A program made the position numbers and the translations under genes. Of a stretch of 64,000 nt of DNA, positions 19,002 to 28,457 are shown piece after piece. The stretch lies in assembly GCA_963755675.1 (NCBI GenBank), contig CAVWLK010000062.1:256445-320444 (forward strand), written 5' to 3'. A model generated the notes under the pieces. The model saw nothing but the letters and a program-made list of their open reading frames with translations. It made no database searches and had not been told where the DNA came from. The first letter of the stretch is position 1; the number at the start of each line of letters is the position of its first letter. Source of the stretch: an uncultured Actinomycetes bacterium. Lineage in GTDB: Bacteria; Actinomycetota; Thermoleophilia; Gaiellales; JAICJC01.

Positions 19002-20465
19002 CTAGCGCGGCGTCGCGTCCCGGAATGCCAGCCACGCCCGCTCGACGTGCTGCCAGCCGCTGGCGGCGTTGCCGATCGCGATCCTGGCCGCGAAGCGGCC
19101 GCCGACCTTCGTGTGCGAGACGAACGCGACGCCGCTCGCGTTGACCTGCTCGACGATGTCTGCGTTCAGCCGCTCGAGCTGGGCCTCGTCATCGACTCCG
19201 GCGGGATGGGCCCGAAAGCACACCGTCGACAGTGGCACGGGCGCCATCAGTTCCCAGCCCGGCTCGGCCTCGATCAGCGCGGCCAGCCGCTGCGCCAAGT
19301 CGATATGGCCGGCGACCAGCTCGGCCAGGCCGTCACGGCCGTAGGCGCGGATTACGAGCCAGAGCTTCAGCGCCCGGAACCGGCGTCCCAGCGAGACGCC
19401 GTAGTCCATGTAGTTGACGACCTCGGACTCGCTCGACGTGAGGTAGAACGGCACCACCGAGAAGGCCGCCCGCAGGACGTCGGGACGCGAGGTGTAGAGC
19501 AGGCTGCAATCCACCGGAGTGACCATCCATTTATGTGGATTGAAGACGAGCGAGTCGGCTCGCTCGCATCCTGCGAGCAGGTGGCGGTGGCTCTCGAGCA
19601 GCCCGGCGGCGCCGCCGTAAGCCGCATCGATGTGCAGCCAGAGGCCGTTGCGGGCGCAGATCTCCGCCACCGCTTCAACCGGATCGACGCTGGTTGTGGA
19701 TGTGGTGCCCACCGAGGCAACGACCGCGATCGGCCGCACTCCTTCCGCGAGGTCGCGGTCGATCGCCTCGGACAGAAGGTCGGCCCGCATCCGGTAGGCG
19801 TCGTCGGTCGCGATCTTCGTCACGCCGTCCTGGCCGAAGCCGAGCACGATGCACGCCTTCTCGACCGAGCTGTGCGCCTCCTCGGATGTGTACACGCGCA
19901 GCCGGGGCAGGTCGCGGCCGGCCATCCCCTGCCGCCGGATGTCGAGCCCGGCAGCCTCGCGCGCGGCGGCCAGGGCGCAGAGCGTCGAGGCCGAGGCGGA
20001 GTCGGTGATCTGGCCGAACCAGGCCGCGGGCAGGCCAAGCATCTCGAGCACCCATGACAGCGTGCGCTGCTCGAGCTCGGTTGCTGCCGGCGACGTCCTC
20101 CACAGCATCGCGTTCACGTTCAGGGCGGCGGAGATCAGCTCGCCGACGATGCCGGGGCCGGACCCCGTGATGCCGAAGTAGGCGAAGAACGCGGGATGGT
20201 TCCAGTGCGTAATGCCGGGCATGATCAGCGCGTCGATGTCGGCGAGAATCTGCGACAACGGCTCGCCCGCGGCGGGAGCTTCCAGCGGCAGCCGAGCGGC
20301 GATCTCGCCTGGCTCCACCTGCGCCAGCACGGGCCGGTCGCCGACCGACTCGAGGTAGTCCGCCACCCACCGCGAAGCCTCGTCGAGCGCCGCCCGAAGC
20401 TCCGCCGGGGTCGGCCCCGGGCTGGTGGCTGACGGTGGACTGCTCACCCGCCCAGTATCGCCCAT
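19002..20465 (-). CDS. group II PLP-dependent amino-acid decarboxylase (aromatic-L-amino-acid decarboxylase family)
   Basis: Contains THWNHPAFFAYF, HIDAAYGGAAG and NPHKW (PLP lysine). Starts 4 nt after the upstream stop. Confidence 0.9.
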   Translation of the reverse strand: MGDTGRVSSPPSATSPGPTPAELRAALDEASRWVADYLESVGDRPVLAQVEPGEIAARLPLEAPAAGEPLSQILADIDALIMPGITHWNHPAFFAYFGITGSGPGIVGELISAALNVNAMLWRTSPAATELEQRTLSWVLEMLGLPAAWFGQITDSASASTLCALAAAREAAGLDIRRQGMAGRDLPRLRVYTSEEAHSSVEKACIVLGFGQDGVTKIATDDAYRMRADLLSEAIDRDLAEGVRPIAVVASVGTTSTTSVDPVEAVAEICARNGLWLHIDAAYGGAAGLLESHRHLLAGCERADSLVFNPHKWMVTPVDCSLLYTSRPDVLRAAFSVVPFYLTSSESEVVNYMDYGVSLGRRFRALKLWLVIRAYGRDGLAELVAGHIDLAQRLAALIEAEPGWELMAPVPLSTVCFRAHPAGVDDEAQLERLNADIVEQVNASGVAFVSHTKVGGRFAARIAIGNAASGWQHVERAWLAFRDATPR

Positions 20466-20469
20466 GCGG

Positions 20470-21786
20470 CTAGCTTCGGTAGATCCAGGATCCGGCGTTG
20501 GTGTAGATCGTGAAGAAGAAGCGCCAGCCCGTCAGTCCCGTTGTCCACATGAAACTCCCGCCACCCTTCTTGAGCGCGAAGATCTGCGCTTCGCTGTGTG
20601 TGGAGAGATTGAAGCGGTAGAGCTGCATGCCCAGCAGCGTCTGGCGCACGTAGAGCACGATCGTTCCATCCACCGAGGGATTGGAGTAGGCCCAGCGCAC
20701 GGACGAACGCAACCGCGTGCTGACTCTGGTATCGATCCGGTAGAGCACCACGGAGCTGCGCTCCGAGCCGGTTCGGTGGTAGGTGACGCGCGGGTATGAG
20801 ATATCCGGCGCACCCAGGTCAACCGCGTAGGTGGACTGGGCGATCACCTTCTCGGTGTCGGTGGAGAGGTTGTACAGCACGATCTGACGGCCGGCCTTTG
20901 CGCCCCGCCGGTAGACGAGCCAGTTCCCAGAGAGCGCCGGCTGGTTCCCGACCAGCGGCAGCGTCTGCAGCACCGACATCGTGCCGGTGTCGATGATCTC
21001 GAACGCCGGGCCGGTATCCACCACGACGCGGGTGCCGTCCAGGTCGGGGTTGATGCCGGGCAGATCGGTGAGCACGCCGCCGGCCCGCACCACTCCGGTC
21101 AGCGAGCCGTTGGGGTTGACGCGATCAAAGGCCAGCAGGCCTGGCGCGGCGGAGGGGTCGGCGACGGGATCGGTGCCGAGGTCGAGCTGTGTCGCAGCGC
21201 GGGCGACGGCCGCATTCATGCCGAGCACCAGCACGCCGGCGAGCACCAGCAGCGCGACCGCGTTCAGGCGCCGAACTCGCCCCACACCCATGCCCGCCAT
21301 CCGCTCGATCCGCCCGGTCGCCTGCTCGTAGCTGCGCACGCGGCTGGTGGCGGCGATCAGCGCGAGCGCCCGGCCGGCGCCGAAGGCGCCAAGCACCACT
21401 GCACCGTCGCCGGCGCCGAGCAGCGCGACGACCGCCACCGCCACCACCAAGAGCGTCGAGACCGGCAGGTAGGTTGCGAAGCCGAGGCCGAGTCCAGCGC
21501 CGTAGAGCAGCGCGGCCACGGGCTGCGGATACCGTTCGCGCCAGCGTTCCGGCACCTGACGGCGGAGCTGAGGCACGGGCACCCTGATCACCCCGGCCTC
21601 ACCGGCCGCCTCCACCAGCGCGAGCACGGCAACGGTCGCCACCACGGACGGCCCGCCCGACGGGAGGGCGGCGCCCAGCAACAGTCCCAGCAGCGCCGCC
21701 GTCCCGGTGGCGCCGGCGGCGAACAGGGCGAGCGAGATGAGCCAGGTCCGTGTCCCGTGCACGACGGGGACGATGGTCTCGACCAT
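20470..21786 (-). CDS. polytopic membrane domain fused to a TolB/PD40-like beta-propeller
   Basis: The N-terminal ~190 aa carry at least 4 hydrophobic helices. The C-terminal part has repeated blade-like motifs (IVLYNLSTD, VVLYRIDTR, LYRFNLSTH). Confidence 0.75.
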   Translation of the reverse strand: MVETIVPVVHGTRTWLISLALFAAGATGTAALLGLLLGAALPSGGPSVVATVAVLALVEAAGEAGVIRVPVPQLRRQVPERWRERYPQPVAALLYGAGLGLGFATYLPVSTLLVVAVAVVALLGAGDGAVVLGAFGAGRALALIAATSRVRSYEQATGRIERMAGMGVGRVRRLNAVALLVLAGVLVLGMNAAVARAATQLDLGTDPVADPSAAPGLLAFDRVNPNGSLTGVVRAGGVLTDLPGINPDLDGTRVVVDTGPAFEIIDTGTMSVLQTLPLVGNQPALSGNWLVYRRGAKAGRQIVLYNLSTDTEKVIAQSTYAVDLGAPDISYPRVTYHRTGSERSSVVLYRIDTRVSTRLRSSVRWAYSNPSVDGTIVLYVRQTLLGMQLYRFNLSTHSEAQIFALKKGGGSFMWTTGLTGWRFFFTIYTNAGSWIYRS

Positions 21787-21872
21787 CGAGAACCCTCAAG
21801 GCGACCACGCGCCGGAGATTCCGGCGATCAGCGCGCAGGCGGCGAGCACGGCGTCTGGGCTGGCCGACGTCT

Positions 21873-22472
21873 CTAGCACGGGACGCTGGTCTGGTAGTAG
21901 AGGACGCAGAAGACCTTGCGGCCGTTGTAGCAGTAGCCCGTCAGCGCAGCGTCTCCGTTGATTCGGATCTGGGTGTAGGCGCAGCAGTCGACCAGCTTTC
22001 GAATCGTCCCGCCGCAGCAGCGGTACCAGCCACCGTCGATGCGAGTCGCAAGGTCGTAGCGCTCCGGGATCCAGTCCTGGCAGAGCCGGGTGCGCGGCGC
22101 CTTCGGCACCGGCTCGCCGGTCGGGCCGAGCAGGCGGTCGCCGTTCGCGTCGATCGCGTAGCCCTCGGCATCGATCAGCCGGCCCAGGTTGTCCACCCTG
22201 CGACCGTCCTTGGGCCGGAGCGGGAAGCCGTAGCGGTCGACGCGGGGCGGAAAGAACGGGCCGGGACAGGCGTGGGTGGTGTACGTGTGGCCGCAGAAGC
22301 CGTAGTAGGCCTCGGCCGTGTCCGGCGCGACCGCGCCCGCCGCCAGCCGACCGGAGGCGGCAGCCACCGCGACCCCGCCCACCCGGCCGAGGAAACCGCG
22401 CCGGGTATGTCCCGCCGCGAGCCGGCGGGCGAGGCGTTCGGTGAGCCCCTGGCCGGCGCCCTCAGGCCGCAT
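21873..22472 (-). CDS. Tat-exported Cys-rich protein resembling a methylamine/aralkylamine dehydrogenase light chain
   Basis: Tat motif TRRGFLGRVGG and 10 Cys in the mature part. GGWYRCCGG...KLVDCCA resembles the light-chain core (from memory). The start overlaps the upstream gene by 11 nt. Confidence 0.7.
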   Translation of the reverse strand: MRPEGAGQGLTERLARRLAAGHTRRGFLGRVGGVAVAAASGRLAAGAVAPDTAEAYYGFCGHTYTTHACPGPFFPPRVDRYGFPLRPKDGRRVDNLGRLIDAEGYAIDANGDRLLGPTGEPVPKAPRTRLCQDWIPERYDLATRIDGGWYRCCGGTIRKLVDCCAYTQIRINGDAALTGYCYNGRKVFCVLYYQTSVPC

Positions 22473-23337
22473 GCCGGACGGCTCCTTCCCGTTCGCGAGT
22501 GCGGCCGGTGACGACCACGCTTTCGAGCTGCTCCAGCGTGTTGACGGTGCCCTTGGCGCGCACCGCGCCGTCGTCTCCCACGTAGACCGCGTACGGCGTC
22601 CCGGGGACGAGGAACGCTCGGTGGAGCTCGTAGCCCCGGTCGTCGTCCTCCTTGGCGTGCACGACAGAAAGCGAGTGATCGCGGCCGAGCGCACGCAGGC
22701 CCGGCACGATCTGGGCGCACACCGGGCAGCTCGGCGACGTGAACACGACCAGCGATCCGGCTGTATCGGGTGGCGCCTGCTCGCCCAACGGCAGACCCTC
22801 GCCGTCGTGTTCGAAGGCGCTCCCGGGTCCGAGCCGCAGGTGGAGCACGCCGACCTGGCGGTAGAGCGCAAACACGAGCGCGGCCAGCCCGGCGACGATC
22901 AGCCACAGTGCGACGAACGCAGCCAGCCAAAATGTCTCACCCAGGCGTGGCCGCGCGCCGGCGATAGCTGCCAAGGCAACGGCCGCCAGCAGGACGTTTC
23001 GGATCAGGGCGTAGCGAGCCGGCAATCCGGTGCCCGGCGCCAGGCAGCCGCACGACGCCGGCGACGCTCCGACGGCGAGCTCGGCCGCCAGCGCGAGAGA
23101 AAAGGCGGCGAGCAGTCCCACTGCGGCCCAGCCGGCGGCTGCCGGCCCGGCGATCAGCGCGCAGCCGACGGCCAGCTCAGCCAGCGGCACCAGCCACACC
23201 AGCAGGGGCTTGGCCGGTGCCAGCCGGTAGCTGTCGAGCGACTCCCGGAACCGATCGACGCGGAGCAGCTTGCCCGCCCCTGCGATCAGGAACACGCCAC
23301 CGAGCAGCACCGCGAGTGGCAATTCGACCGTCGGCAT
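22462..23337 (-). CDS. MauE-like membrane protein fused to a MauD-like thioredoxin domain
   Basis: The N-terminal MauE/DoxX-type helices include GGVFLIAGAGKLLRVDRFRESLDSYRL. The C-terminal thioredoxin fold contains VVFTSPSCPVC. Confidence 0.8.
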   Translation of the reverse strand: MPTVELPLAVLLGGVFLIAGAGKLLRVDRFRESLDSYRLAPAKPLLVWLVPLAELAVGCALIAGPAAAGWAAVGLLAAFSLALAAELAVGASPASCGCLAPGTGLPARYALIRNVLLAAVALAAIAGARPRLGETFWLAAFVALWLIVAGLAALVFALYRQVGVLHLRLGPGSAFEHDGEGLPLGEQAPPDTAGSLVVFTSPSCPVCAQIVPGLRALGRDHSLSVVHAKEDDDRGYELHRAFLVPGTPYAVYVGDDGAVRAKGTVNTLEQLESVVVTGRTREREGAVRHAA

Positions 23338-23406
23338 GAGTCGCCGATGCTAGCCCTCGCTCCGGACGGAACTCCGCGGGGTCAGACCTTCCGGTTCTGT
23401 CACGTT

Positions 23407-23584
23407 GTGTGTCGGGACTGTGCCGATCGCACAACGCCGCCCGCGGAGGGGTCTGACCCCTCCTTCCCGCGCGCGCATCGGGCGCTGGGCCGCGAACCGC
23501 CATTTCAAGCCGATCATGGTCGGTGAGGTGTGTCGGCTCGGTGTCGATTGGGCAACACGCGGCGCAACGGGGTCTGACCCCCGC
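23407..23584. repeat. two ~57-bp direct repeats, each ending in a GGGGTCTGACCCC palindrome
   Basis: R1 is 23407-23463 and R2 is 23528-23584. Both begin GTGTGTCGG and end in the palindrome. An inverted half-copy lies at 23378-23388. Confidence 0.7.
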
Positions 23585-23640
23585 CCGCGACACGACCGGC
23601 GGTCGGTGGCGGTACCGACCGTCGTTGTCCGGCAGGGCGA

Positions 23641-24945
23641 TCAGCCGAGCGAGCTCTCGACGGCGGCCACCGCCACGTCGAGCATGCCGAGCATCTCGTC
23701 GATCTCGGCGTCGGAGATGATCAGCGGCGGCGCGAGCATCACCGCGTCCATGTGCTCGTTGACGATCGGCGTCGGGCAGGGGTAGATCATCAGCCCCAGC
23801 TCACGCGCGGCGGCGACCACCCGGCCCGAGATCCGGTCGGTTGCAGCGAAGCGCTCACCCGTCGCCGGGTGGCGCAGCTCGATCCCCTGCAGCAGGCCGC
23901 GGCCGCGCAGCCCGTGCATCAGCGGGTGCCGAGATGCCATCTGCTCGAGCTCGACCCGGATTCGCTCGCCCTTGCGATCGGCCGCCTCGACCAGCCCCTC
24001 CTGCTCGATCGTGTCGATCACCGCGCAGCCGACCGCACAGCCCAGCGGGTAGCCCGAGAAGGTGTGCCCGTAGGAGAAGCCGTTCGGCGCCGTCCCCACC
24101 ACATCACGTATGCCGAGGTCGCCACCATCCCCGACAGCGGCACAACCCCACCGCCGATCCCCTTGCCGAAGGTGATCACGTCGGGCACAGCGTCGTGGTG
24201 CTCCACCCCGAACCAGCGGCCGGTACGGCCAAAGCCGGTGATGATCTCATCCGCCACCAGCAGCACCTCATGACGGTCGCAGACCTCGCGCGCCGCCTTC
24301 AGATATCCCGGCGGGAGGTCGACCGCCGCCCCGGACGAGCCGGTCACCGGCTCGACGATGAACGCGGCCACGTGATCGGCGCCGCGGGTGAGGATCGCGG
24401 CCTCGAGCTCGGCCGCTCCCTGCTCGGCGGTCTCGGCGTTCGGCACGGCGGCGTACTTGTGGAGCAGCGACTCGAACGGCGCCCGCCATCGCGACCCCGA
24501 CAACGAGAGCGCGCCCAGCGTGGAGCCGTGATATGACGTGACCCGCGACAGGAACTCGATCTTGGCCGGCTTGCCACCAGCTCCCAGTAGAGCACCGCAA
24601 GGTGCATGGCTGACTCGTTGGCCTCGGATCCCGACGAGTTGAAGAACGACCACTCCAGGTCGCCGGGGGCGTGGCGGGCGATCCGCTCGGCCAGGTCGAG
24701 CATCGGCTCGTTGCGAAACGAGAAGCGGTACGTATAGTCGATCTCCGCCGACTGCCGCTGGAGCGCCTCGATCACGCGCGGATGGCAGTGGCCGAGCAGC
24801 ATCACCATCGCACCACCGCAGGCGTCCAGGTAGCTGCGCCCGTCGTCGGTCGATCCGCATCCCGGGCGCGCACCGCCACCGGCAGCGCCTCGCCGGCGGT
24901 CATCGAGTAGTCGACGCGCACAGCGCCGGTCGGGGATGCCTCCAT
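23641..24945 (-). pseudogene. class III (omega) aminotransferase, three frame breaks as assembled
   Basis: Homology is split across ORFs 24344..24808, 24018..24860 and 23641..24102. Motifs include LDACGGAMVMLLGH, NSSGSEANE, EPVTGSSGA, ADEIITGFGRTG and FGKGIGGG. Confidence 0.85.
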
Positions 24946-24965
24946 GCGGCGATTCTACCCGGCGG

Positions 24966-26584
24966 TCACAGCGACTGGGGCGGCGCCTGGAGCTCGGCCT
25001 GAAGCTCGATCAGCCAGCACCCCTGGGAGAGGCCGGCGAGCGCCTCGCGCAGCGCGGAGCCGGCATCGGCGGTGTCGGCAATTTCGGCGATAGCTGATGC
25101 CGTAAGCCGCCGCCAACTGCTCGAAGTCGGGCGAGCTCAGATCGACGGCGGTGGAGTGGCCGTAGGCTGACAGTTGGTAGTTCTTGAGCACGCCGTAGCA
25201 GCGATCGTTGACCAGCAACGTGACGATGCAATCCATGCTGCTGGGCCGTCACCAGTTCGTGACCACCCATCAGGAAGCCCCCATCGCCAACCAGCACCAC
25301 CGTAGGTACCGGGGTTCGCGGCGACCGTTCCCAGGCCGGTCGGGATCCCCGAGCCGAGCGCCCCGACATCGGATAGGCAAACCCACCCGGCCGCTTGGCG
25401 TCCAGGTAGAGCACGCCCCAATACCCTGAGAATCGTCATGTCGGACACGACAATCGCCCCATCCGGGAAGCGCCTGGTCGAGAGCACGCAAAAGCTCCGT
25501 TCCTGATCGTGAATCCCTGCGCCGCCACCTCGGACGCCCGCGCCGCGAGCGCCGCCCGGGCACCAGCGGTGCCGTCGCGGGCGCCCCGTCGGGCTGCAAC
25601 GCCACGACGGCGCTCACAGAACAGCCCCACGTCAGAGACGATGCCCTCCACAATCGGATAGTTCGCGCCCAGCCGCGCCGCGTCGATATCGACCTGCACC
25701 AGCGCCTCCGGGAACGGCACCGTCCAATGACAGGTGTACTCCTCGGCCAGCCGCGTCCCCAGCGCAAGCAGACGTCGGCGTTCGCCACCAGGGCCTTCAC
25801 CGCCTGCTCCTCGCACGACGATCCCGCGTGCAGCGGGTGTCCCGACGGCACCACACCCTTGCCGTTGTAGCTGGTGACCACCGGGGCGTCCAGCGCCTCG
25901 GCCAGCCTCGTCGGACCTGCTCAGCCGCCAGCCTCCCGCCACCCCGACGAAGATCATCGGCGCGCGGGCGCCGCGCAGCAGCTCCGCCACCCGCGCCACC
26001 GCTGCCGGATCCGGAGCAGGCAGCGACACCGGCGTCGCCCGTACCCGCACGCTTTCCACCGGCGCGGCCAAGACGTCGATATGCCGCCTCGATCATCGCG
26101 GGCCAGGACGCACCGCGATCGCGGTCAGCGCCTCATCCACCGCCGCGCCGAGCGCCTCGAGGCGTCCGCGGACGGGAGTGGTAGCGCGTGACCGCGGCAA
26201 AGGCCGAAGACTGACCGGACGTCTCGTGCATCCAGCCTCGCTCCCCGGGTCGCTCGGAATCTGGGTGGTGACGTGCAGCACCCGCAACGAGGACGCATCC
26301 GCCTCGCCCATGCCTGCGAATGCGTTGAACGCTCCCGGACCGTGCAGGTGACACAAACGCCAACCCGGCCCGAGGTCGGGCATACCCGGGCCGCGAAGGC
26401 CGCAGCCTGCTCGTGACGCACCACCACGAGCGGATCGACGAGTCGCTGAGCGCATCCCACAGCCCGAGAGCATGCTGCCCCGGAATCCCGAATACGATGT
26501 CGACACCGTGGGCCTCAACGCCGAGACCAGCGCGCCGGCGCCCGTCGCCACAATCTTCTCCTGCGCGATGCTCATGCCGGTCAC
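24966..26584 (-). pseudogene. thiamine-diphosphate enzyme (acetolactate synthase large subunit-like), at least 6 frame breaks as assembled
   Basis: Fragments occur in all three minus frames. They include VVVRHEQAAAFAA, GPGAFNAFAGMGEA, MIFVGVAGG, VLVGDGGFLMGGHELVTA and LLVNDRCYGVLKNYQ. Confidence 0.8.
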
Positions 26585-26585
26585 G

Positions 26586-27124
26586 CTACCAGAGCGCGAC
26601 AGGGCCGGCCCCCGCTACGCTGCCCTGGAGGATCAGCGCGACCAGGTTGTTCAGGTCAGTGGCCGACAGGCTGCTGAACGTGGTCGGCATGATGCCGCCG
26701 CTGAACCCGTGTGCGATCACCTTCTCGGGGTCGACGATCGACTCCTTGACGAAGTCGGGCAGCGGCGTGCTGCCGGCGTCGCCTGCGAGCGCCGTGTCGA
26801 GATTAGGGCCGACGGTTCCGGACGCGCCCGCCGCAGCCAGGGTGTGGACGAGCCGCACCCATTGCCCCATACCGCCTTGCCGGCCACGGCGTCGCCACTA
26901 GCACCGCCGCCCGTCGAACCGCCGGTCGAACCGCCGGTGCTGCCGCTCGGCGTCGAGGTGCTGGGCGCCGAGGTCGCCGACGGCGAGTAGGTCGAGAGCG
27001 GCAACGAGCCGAGCCCCTCGCTCGAGGCACCACTGGTGTCGGTGCCCGAGATGGCGATCACGACGACCATCACAACGATGCCGGCGATGGTTCCGACGAG
27101 GGCTGCAGCGAGTACCTTGATCAT
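26586..27124 (-). pseudogene. membrane-anchored class I cytochrome c, frame break inside the CxxCH motif
   Basis: TM anchor, then an S/T/G-rich linker, then GKAVWGNGCGS. After a frame shift the sequence continues HTLAAAGASGTVGPNLD...GGIMP. The stop abuts the start of the ThDP-enzyme gene. Confidence 0.7.
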
Positions 27125-27240
27125 CGCGCGGGCAACTTTACCAGCTTGACCCGGACGCGTAGCGGCAACCCTGACCGGTAGCCGGGATACCCCAAGAAGG
27201 GGATGTGCGGAGCGGCGTCGAACGACGACCTGTGACCCGT

Positions 27241-27423
27241 ATGCTCGATCGACGAGACATCCAGACACTGATGTACTGCGTGCGGCTGACTGAGATCGGT
27301 GGCCAGTGGCAGTCCGGCTATCCCGTGCGAACGCCGCACGAGCTGGAGTGCAAGCTGGCCGAGTTGCTGCGTGAGGTCGAGCGGGCCGAGCAGGCTCAGC
27401 TGCCCTCCCGCACGGCCGCCTGA
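27241..27423 (+). CDS. possible small hypothetical protein (60 aa)
   Basis: ORF in a 300-bp gap with moderately coding-like codon usage. No Shine-Dalgarno. Confidence 0.3.
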   Translation: MLDRRDIQTLMYCVRLTEIGGQWQSGYPVRTPHELECKLAELLREVERAEQAQLPSRTAA

Positions 27424-27433
27424 TCCGTCCCCG

Positions 27434-28405
27434 CTAGATCCATTGCCGGCGCCGGAAGAACGCCCACAGCACCGAGCTCGCCAGCACCATTACGACCAAG
27501 GCGTACGGATAGCCGAGCCGCCAGTGCAGCTCGGGCATGTGATCGAAGTTCATGCCGTAGATGCCGGCGATCAGTGTCGGGACGAGCACGATCGCGCCCC
27601 ATGAGGTGAGCCGAAGCACGACCTCGTTGAGCCGGTTCGAGACGACCGAGAGGTGCGCCTCCAGCAAACCGGTGAGCAGGTCGCGCTGGCTGTCGAGCTC
27701 GTCGTAGACACGCAGCACGTGGTCGTAGAGATCGCGGTACTCGGCGTCCAGCTCGACTCCCAGCACAGCCCTATCGATCCGCACCACGCGACCCAGCACA
27801 TCCCGCAGCGGCGCAACCGCACGGCGAAAGACGAGGATGTCGCGCTTGATCTGGAACGCCGCGGGAAGCGCGTCCGCGGTTCCCGGTCCGGTCAACAAAT
27901 CGGTCTCGGCCCGTTCGATGCGATCCTCGAACAGCTCCACGATCGGGAAGTAGCTGTCGATCAGTTCGTCGAGGATGGCATAGCCGACGTGCGGGCCGCC
28001 GTTTCGCACCATCTCCGGCGTGTTGTCGAGCCGCTGGCGAGCGACGTCGAGCGTCAGGTCGGCCGAGTGGCGGATCGTGACGACGAAGCGGGCCGAGACG
28101 AACATCGACAGCTCGAGCAGGGCGACGCCGCCGGCCTCATTCATCGCCGCGCCGTAAGCGACGACGAACACGTGGCCGTCGTAGTCCTGGATCTTGGGCC
28201 GCTGGTGAGCATGCTCGGCATCCTCGAGCGCCAGCGGATGAAGCCCGAACTCTTCGCCTATCTGCGCCAGCTCGTGGGCGGACGGGTTGAGCGCATCCAC
28301 CCACACCAGCACCGTCTCCTGCTTCAGCACCTCGGAGATGTCCTCGAAGCGGCACGCTTCGGGGGCGCGCTTGCCGTTCTCGTACAGGATCGTGGTGACG
28401 CTCAC
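27434..28405 (-). CDS. corA: magnesium/cobalt transporter CorA
   Basis: Contains the YGMNF (GMN) motif and two C-terminal TM helices. The GTG start is at VSVTTILYENG. Confidence 0.9.
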   Translation of the reverse strand: MSVTTILYENGKRAPEACRFEDISEVLKQETVLVWVDALNPSAHELAQIGEEFGLHPLALEDAEHAHQRPKIQDYDGHVFVVAYGAAMNEAGGVALLELSMFVSARFVVTIRHSADLTLDVARQRLDNTPEMVRNGGPHVGYAILDELIDSYFPIVELFEDRIERAETDLLTGPGTADALPAAFQIKRDILVFRRAVAPLRDVLGRVVRIDRAVLGVELDAEYRDLYDHVLRVYDELDSQRDLLTGLLEAHLSVVSNRLNEVVLRLTSWGAIVLVPTLIAGIYGMNFDHMPELHWRLGYPYALVVMVLASSVLWAFFRRRQWI

Positions 28406-28457
28406 GTCGGTCAGAGATTCGCGGCCTTCGGCTCGATGCCTCCCCGGAGCGGGAGGA

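Noticed and set aside
21787-21872. A 17-codon hydrophobic mini-ORF (GTG..VLAACALIAGISGAWSP) between the light-chain-like gene and the membrane/propeller gene.
   Set aside because: It is too short, has no Shine-Dalgarno, and could arise by chance in GC-rich sequence. It might alternatively be a displaced N-terminal extension if yet another indel is present.
23419-23433. A CRP/GlxR-type operator (TGTGC-N5-GCACA).
   Set aside because: The half-site spacing is one nucleotide shorter than the TGTGA-N6-TCACA consensus. The second repeat copy does not conserve it.
23407-23584. A CRISPR array.
   Set aside because: There are only two diverged repeat copies (about 65% identity outside the palindrome), a 64-bp spacer, and no cas genes in the window.
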